DNA of 27,851 nt from Candidatus Woesearchaeota archaeon (GTDB lineage Archaea; Nanobdellota; Nanobdellia; Woesearchaeales; WJKV01). The stretch is from contig JAHWIA010000001.1 of the NCBI GenBank assembly GCA_019322855.1, forward strand, positions 1-27,851, given 5' to 3'. The notes beneath the pieces were generated by a model, which worked only from the letters and a program-made list of their open reading frames with translations, was not told where the DNA came from and ran no database searches. Below, piece by piece: positions 24,001 to 27,851 of this stretch (positions are counted from its first letter, which is position 1; each line of letters opens with the position of its first letter). The position numbers were made by a program, and so were the translations under genes.

Positions 24001-27000
24001 TGATTGATATGGGTGAAGTGGTAACAGATGATATGATAGACGAAACTCTTGCAATATTAGACAATATACATTCTAGAGGATGGTTACATGGAGACCCTAA
24101 TCCTGAGAATGCCCTTTTTGATAGAGAAAGAATAGCTTCTATTATTGATCTTGGTTTTGCCAAGAGGCGAGAAGAGGTTGCTGATTTCGAAACAGAAAAA
24201 AGAAAAGAGATTCTTAAGGTTGTAAATGGCATGATTGCCCAGATATATACTATCGCAGAAAGAGAAAATAAGAGGATAGATCCAAGTACTATAATGGCAA
24301 TTCAGGAAATCGCGCGGAATTATTACTTGGAAGACAGCCAGGAATATCCTGCGCTTGCTTATGCACTGCGTTATCCAGAAACCGCGTTCTTGATTGCTTT
24401 AGAGTACGAAGGGCAGGCATTGCCAGAAGGCAAGAGATTATCATTAGATATTATTGGAGATGTGTTCAAGGCAAGAGGATTAGAAGAAGAGATAGAAGCG
24501 CCTATTGAAGAAGAGATTGTAGAGATAGAAGAACTTACACTGCCGGAGTTAAGAGAACGGTTGGAGACAGATAATATTATTGATATCTATAATTCAATAA
24601 AGAATTTCCTGAGGACGCAGCATCCTGATATATCTGAAAGAAAGATTGTGCAGAGTATAATGAAAGTTATCAAGGAAGAGGATGTTTCAGATATTGAAGA
24701 AGATCTGTTCTATGATATTAGTGAAGCAGATAGTCAATTGAGTCAAGTCAAAGAAGCACAGGGAATGGAGTATGAAGAAGTCTTAGAATTAAGAGACCAG
24801 CTTGCAGAGATGGCAGAAGGCGAACTGGAAGTGTTGCCTGCGCCTGCTGTTGAGGAAGTTGTTGCAGAGCCTGAAATCGCTGAACTGTCACCGATTGATA
24901 TGGGAGAAATCTTGCGAAGCTTCCAAAATACAGAGGAGAATTTGCATGACGACGTGTCTGATAAACTGCCGACTTCTTGGACGCCTTCAGGTGTTTTCTC
25001 GCAAATGAGCAGAGAAGAATATATTGAATATGTCTCCAAAATAATGGCTTTAGTTGCAATCTCAGATCTAAGGCATATTGATCTTGAGAAACAAATGCCT
25101 GATTTGGTAGATAGTGAAGGAAGGAATGTCTATGAAAGGATAAAGGAATTGGATCCAGAAGGCTTTTTAGAGACAGAAAAAATAATTGTTTCCAAAGAGT
25201 TCAAGAAAACAACAGTAAATACTCAAACAGGAGAGACTACAGAAGAAACTGCAACAGGAAGAGCTGATTACTTCCCATTGGCGCAACGATTAGGAAGGGA
25301 TCCTAGATTAAATGAATACAGAGAAGCAGGTTTGACTGATCTTGTTGACCAGTTATTGCGACAGATGATGGACAATAAGGATGCTGCATTGATAAGCTTC
25401 AAGAAAAGCCTGACAGATGACCTGAAAGAACTTGAGAAAAGAAGAAAGTCAGGACAGGGCCTGCTTGCGAGGGCTGCGCAGAGCGCTTCTAACTTCCTGC
25501 CTATGCTGGCAGGAGTGCGAGAATTAAGACCTGTTGTTTCCATAGTCACAGGAGAAGCCGGTACTGGCAAATCAACTTATGCAGAACAGATAAAGAATGA
25601 AGGAATAGTCGATGAAGATGGAAATGTGATCATAACTCCTGAAGAAGTCATGCTTCTGCATCTTGATAATCTTGACGGAGGCTATGTTGGCGAACTTCAG
25701 AAAGTCCTTGATAGACCTGAGATATTGACAAAAGCATTCAAAAACTTGAATGAAGATGAGATGAAATTGGTTGAAGCCTTCTTCAACCATCTAAAAGCAA
25801 AAGGAGATAAATCAATTCCAGTTAGTTCTGAATTGAGAGAATTGGCAGATTTATCAGTGCTTCCTTTAAGGTCTCTTTTGGAAAATGATGAATTCAAGAA
25901 TAGGAATCTTGCAGAAGTTATGGAGATGTTCAACCAGAATTATATTAAAGCAAAAGAAAGGCTTGCTCAAGGAGGGCAATCGAAGGAGGTTGTCAAGGAT
26001 ATTATGAATATGTATCTTGAATCCAATGTAAGGACCAATAAAATTTCATTGGTCATGGTAGAAGGTCTGCTTCCTAGGTCTGATCCTGGTCCTGCAGGCA
26101 TAGTTAACTTGCTTGCAGATCCTGGTGCTAATCTTTTGGGTGCAAGTTCTGTGCTGAGAGTGACTGCTGATCCGCGCACTATCTTTAAAGCGTTTGAGGC
26201 GAGGGGCAGGTTCGAGCCTGGTAAGGTAAGCAACAGAGGATATTATGAAAGACAGGCAGCAGTAACCTTGGATGTGCCTATGAGGGATGCAAAGAATTTC
26301 GAGCTTCCTAACACATTCGCCTTGGAAAGAGGCATTGCAGAAAGCAATCTAAAGAAAGATCTGGAAGAAGGAAAAATCAGTTTCAATAAGATAATGCAAG
26401 ACATGTTCGATGAAATCTTCAAGGCGTCAGATCCTATTGACATGGAATACATAGAGGACACAGATTGGAGTACAGAGCTTACAGAGGATGAGAAGGGCGC
26501 ATTGATACAACTGTATGTTAACAATTTAATAGGCTATAAGACAACGCCAAAAGAAAAGGTTGAGCTTGGTGTTGAAGCTCTTAAGAACAGAATTCTGAAA
26601 CTTTCTGAAAGTGCGATTGAAATGCGTTTCCCAACTGTTAAGGTATTATCTGTACAGGAAGAATTAGATTCGATAAGTGAACAAGCAGGACAGTATGATG
26701 TTTCCTTGTTCAGAAATTCTGATGCATATGCTAAAAACATCAATGAGATGACAGAATTAGAAATATTGTCAACTTTGACTTCTAAAGAAATACAGTCATT
26801 GTTCGGTGTGACAGAGTATGAAGCGAACAGGATCCAGATATTTGCTGAATTAAGACATCTTGGGTTGGACATTGCTCCAGAAGCGATGAATGTGATTGTT
26901 AACAGGCTAGCATTGCTTGCCACAAAGACGAACCATTATCAAGATTCCAAGCGCATAAGAAAGATGCTTCAGAAGATAGATGAAGATAGAGATGCTGTTA

Positions 27001-27851
27001 CTATTTCAAACGAGATGAAGATCGCTGCATTATTGCATGACATAGGAAAGACAGGACCTTTGGGAATATTAGAAGAGCAGCAGTTAGATATTGCAACACT
27101 GGCAGACAAGAGCAAGGCAGACCAATATGATATTGTATTGGAATTATTTGGCATAGAACAGACAAAGCCTGGCACTAACAAACAGACCAAGATAATCGAT
27201 TTCGTAAAAGCGCATTATCCTAGCAGTGAATGGAACAGGGTGTTCGACAGTCTGTCAAAAGTGCAGAATCCTTTCACAAAGAAAGCTTTCAATGTAAATA
27301 CAGACACAATGGGACATCTTTGGGATTCACATACTATCTGGGGTATTGACACGCTTGTGAACCTTGGCGTGCCTATGGATGTCTGGAATCCTATATCAAA
27401 GCATCACATCACAGAAGGAGTCGTGCCTTTGAAAAGACTGGAAAAACCTTCTACTAATGATAAATTATTATTATTGCTTGACAAGTATGATGCTTTCAGA
27501 AGAAGAAGCAGGATGACACACAAACAGGCGATCGCTGTATTGAGGTCAATGGCTTCCAGAGGATACTATAAAGACGATAATGAGTTCAAGGCATTGATCG
27601 AGAACGAGCTCAATATCCATCTAAAAGATATAGAAATAGAGCCGATGGAACTGCCAGGACAGACATTGCGTTCAAGGATCTTGGGGCTTATGAAACGTCC
27701 GTTTGACGTGATGGTTAATAATGCGAGAACGTATGGACCTGCTTATCTGTTTTTAGAAGGAGTATACAGAATTCCGTGGATGATCGCTTCAGGAAATCCT
27801 TTAGCAATAATTTATGCTCCAGGTTCTACTACGTTTGCAGTGACCGGAAGC
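3..27851 (+). CDS. Giant multidomain protein, partial (9,283 codons in window; no stop; start probably upstream)
   Basis: Frame +3 reads PTGRSVVDIKLNSKITGLTI... at base 3 and ...IIYAPGSTTFAVTGS at 27851 with no stop in my manual translation. Independent check: the frame has an ATG at 138, yet the ORF track lists no frame +3 ORF, as expected only if no stop follows. The translation is protein-like throughout (E/K-rich helices, in-frame enzyme motifs). Confidence 0.97.
438..1119 (+). repeat. Thr/Glu-rich beta-hairpin repeat region (about ten D/G-x-x-G turns) within the giant CDS
   Basis: Thr/Val/Ile strands separated by recurring turns DQNG, DEDG, GPDG (x3), DPEG, DEEG, DENG, LPDG, GEDG, e.g. 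TTETTDQNGDPYTTKTITSYDEDGNPT and TTETTDENGNPVKTTIETTILPDGTEQ. Confidence 0.75.
2400..3170 (+). other. Cys/aromatic-rich globular domain of unknown family, probably extracellular
   Basis: Nine Cys in ~250 aa (ISCQE, GSCSE, GCAM, NCY, FCY, GCW, GCQDCW, FCN), plus an uncharged stretch LMWAFAYIAYGCAMIVY (2721-2771). Confidence 0.5.
3171..3503 (+). other. Pro/Gly-rich linker region ending in a polyproline tract
   Basis: TDPVPPTDVPPTT...GGAGPAGGLG...EPPAPPPPPPD (poly-Pro at 3474-3500). Confidence 0.7.
3681..10220 (+). other. Long alpha-helical/coiled-coil stalk with small globular inserts
   Basis: Extended E/K/R/Q/L-rich heptad-like sequence (e.g. RVNALQAEIEASAAELEALRKKADAYRE, LEQRVEELAVELTEREAVDRKLKALEKELSDKEQALK), interrupted by short beta-hairpin inserts (IDPETGEI, IDLKTGEI, DEDGNYWLKDEQGNV, MDPDTGAV). 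Confidence 0.8.
5508..5768 (+). repeat. Three degenerate tandem 34-aa helical repeats
   Basis: ELSDEQKKKLVELEKKIEE (5508), EPTDEDKERLVEVQKKIEE (5610), YLDEDEREVVDHLEKRVGE (5712); spacing exactly 102 nt. Confidence 0.65.
10404..10988 (+). other. Gly/Ala-rich hydrophobic helical segment (membrane-spanning or membrane-inserting)
   Basis: LNLGTLLEIAVIMITANIAGGFAAAARGIASGYGILMRTFASRAIGFAVETIVFSAGMRTWGAV...VGAILSDLGHTALTLGSLKILSGAS...GAKVAAFAAEVELFI...LVFITGMKAGGLL. It is the only long low-charge region in a very charged protein. Confidence 0.75.
11010..12450 (+). other. Second coiled-coil region linking the hydrophobic segment to the ATPase
   Basis: E/K/R/L heptad-like runs, e.g. LELKRAEDALEKLKIELEEIKIKQADLLNKLERSQKLQGELDKINEELRNVNEEL. 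Confidence 0.8.
12690..14850 (+). other. Divergent SecA-like SF2 ATPase domain
   Basis: Q-motif LGFKIDATQV; Walker A QAVTGIGKT (12822-12848); motif Ia VHQPNEITRAREVEAM; VVYAD; Walker B LLDEAH (DEAH 13206-13217); ILYQEVL...FMTAT (13971-13982); IVTNEIEAVDF (~14454-14486); VINTKDIESLEQALGRMR (QALGRMR 14640-14660). Order and spacing follow SecA (MxTGEGKT, VTVNDYLAxRD, DEVD, ITFQNYF..MTGT, ATNMAGRGTDI, IGTERHES..QLRGRxGR). Confidence 0.75.
17400..17850 (+). other. Zincin-type metallopeptidase-like domain (HExxH)
   Basis: AYWDFHEILHGVW (HEILH 17532-17546), preceded by a strand (GIRVHRD) and followed ~46 aa later by NVEEFFV (17682-17693), a candidate third-ligand Glu helix as in gluzincins. Confidence 0.6.
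20360..20980 (+). other. Degenerate GGDEF-like domain, copy 1
   Basis: IMLKLRGLKALNSRLGHDGATEELIKIFREI (20469-20561) aligns without gaps to the diguanylate cyclase signature DIDxFKxINDxxGHxxGDxxL. K, N and GH are kept, the metal-binding Asp is replaced, and no GGDEF loop is visible. Boundaries are uncertain. Confidence 0.5.
21192..21839 (+). other. GGDEF-like nucleotide cyclase domain, copy 2 (GGDEV), with a large insertion
   Basis: RRDITGHPK (like DxLTGLxN), VTEIDVHSMGNDN (D 21315, N eight residues later at 21339), RMYGLGGDEV (GGDEV 21636-21650), KIRAGAGFG (like SxGxA), AEKAQLVTK (like ADxALYxAK), all in canonical order. Confidence 0.65.
22242..22940 (+). other. Protein kinase-like domain 1 (short C-lobe, RIO/Bud32/Kdo-like)
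   Basis: Gly loop FEGLQGDTY, beta3 Lys HLVKK (22311), alphaC AIREAIF, IPGLVEV, VMELVEG, catalytic loop LHKLGIVHTDLHANNIL (HTDLHANN 22767-22790), LIDLGLA (DLG 22827-22835). Confidence 0.9.
23673..24260 (+). other. Protein kinase-like domain 2, paralog of domain 1
   Basis: LLGEGAQAYTY, HLVKK (23739), LIKEAIA, IPGFIQF, VTDLVEG, IHSRGWLHGDPNPENAL (HGDPNPEN 24087-24110), IIDLGFA (DLG 24147-24155). Confidence 0.9.
25530..26340 (+). other. P-loop nucleoside/nucleotide kinase-like domain with helical insertion
   Basis: VVSIVTGEAGTGKSTYAEQI (Walker A 25551-25577), LLHLD (D 25665), SLVMVEG (E 26061), and lid-like VLRVTADPRTIFKAFEARGR (~26151-26210), the arrangement of the NMP/uridine-kinase fold. Confidence 0.7.
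26900..27620 (+). other. HD-superfamily phosphohydrolase, HD-GYP-like
   Basis: NHYQDSKRI, IAALLHDIGKTG (HD 27036-27041), WDSHTIWG (H 27330), ISKHHITEG (HH 27402-27407), LLLDKYDAFRRR (27480), MTHKQAIAVL. This follows the HD-GYP pattern HDIGK...H..xG...HHE...ADxYDA, but there is no literal GYP. Confidence 0.8.

Noticed and set aside
1267..25008. Five short + strand frame +1 ORFs (1267, 2977, 3994, 9637, 24802)
   Set aside because: Out-of-frame overlaps within the giant CDS with K/L/M-rich frameshift-like composition and no independent evidence.
381..27190. Dozens of minus-strand ORFs in the track (up to 330 aa, e.g. 1124..2116)
   Set aside because: They are antisense shadows of the purine-rich giant gene: S/F/L/C-rich, no recognisable motifs, and fully overlapped by a frame carrying clear enzyme motifs.
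27735..27830. Hydrophobic stretch near the right edge as a C-terminal membrane anchor
   Set aside because: It is interrupted by E, R and P, and the ORF continues beyond the window, so it cannot be judged.
3..27851. Stop-codon recoding, frameshifting or an intein as the explanation for the long frame
   Set aside because: The frame is open under the standard code and stays in one phase. I recognised no intein splice-junction or LAGLIDADG motifs by eye.

Overview
The whole 27,851-bp window is one uninterrupted + strand reading frame (frame +3, 3..27851, 9,283 codons, no stop, apparently open at both edges). It is a fragment of a giant protein of more than 9,000 aa. The supplied ORF track misses it because no stop falls inside the window, and the listed ORFs are shadows of it. 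Manual translation gives this order: (1) an acidic Thr-rich beta-hairpin repeat region and Cys-containing, probably extracellular domains with recurring 'ITGxA'-type motifs; (2) a very long coiled-coil stalk; (3) a ~195-aa Gly/Ala-rich hydrophobic helical segment; (4) a second coiled coil; (5) a divergent SecA-like SF2 ATPase; (6) a Cys-free string of enzyme modules, partly joined by acidic Pro/Glu linkers: HExxH zincin peptidase, two degenerate GGDEF-like domains, two paralogous protein-kinase-like domains, a P-loop nucleoside/nucleotide-kinase-like domain and an HD-GYP-like hydrolase. My inference is a self-contained surface-contact, membrane-insertion and effector or signalling machine, possibly from a DPANN archaeon or another host-dependent microbe. 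Domain calls are from motif recognition by eye, not database searches, and boundaries are approximate. I saw no RNA genes, CRISPR arrays, mobile elements or intergenic DNA.
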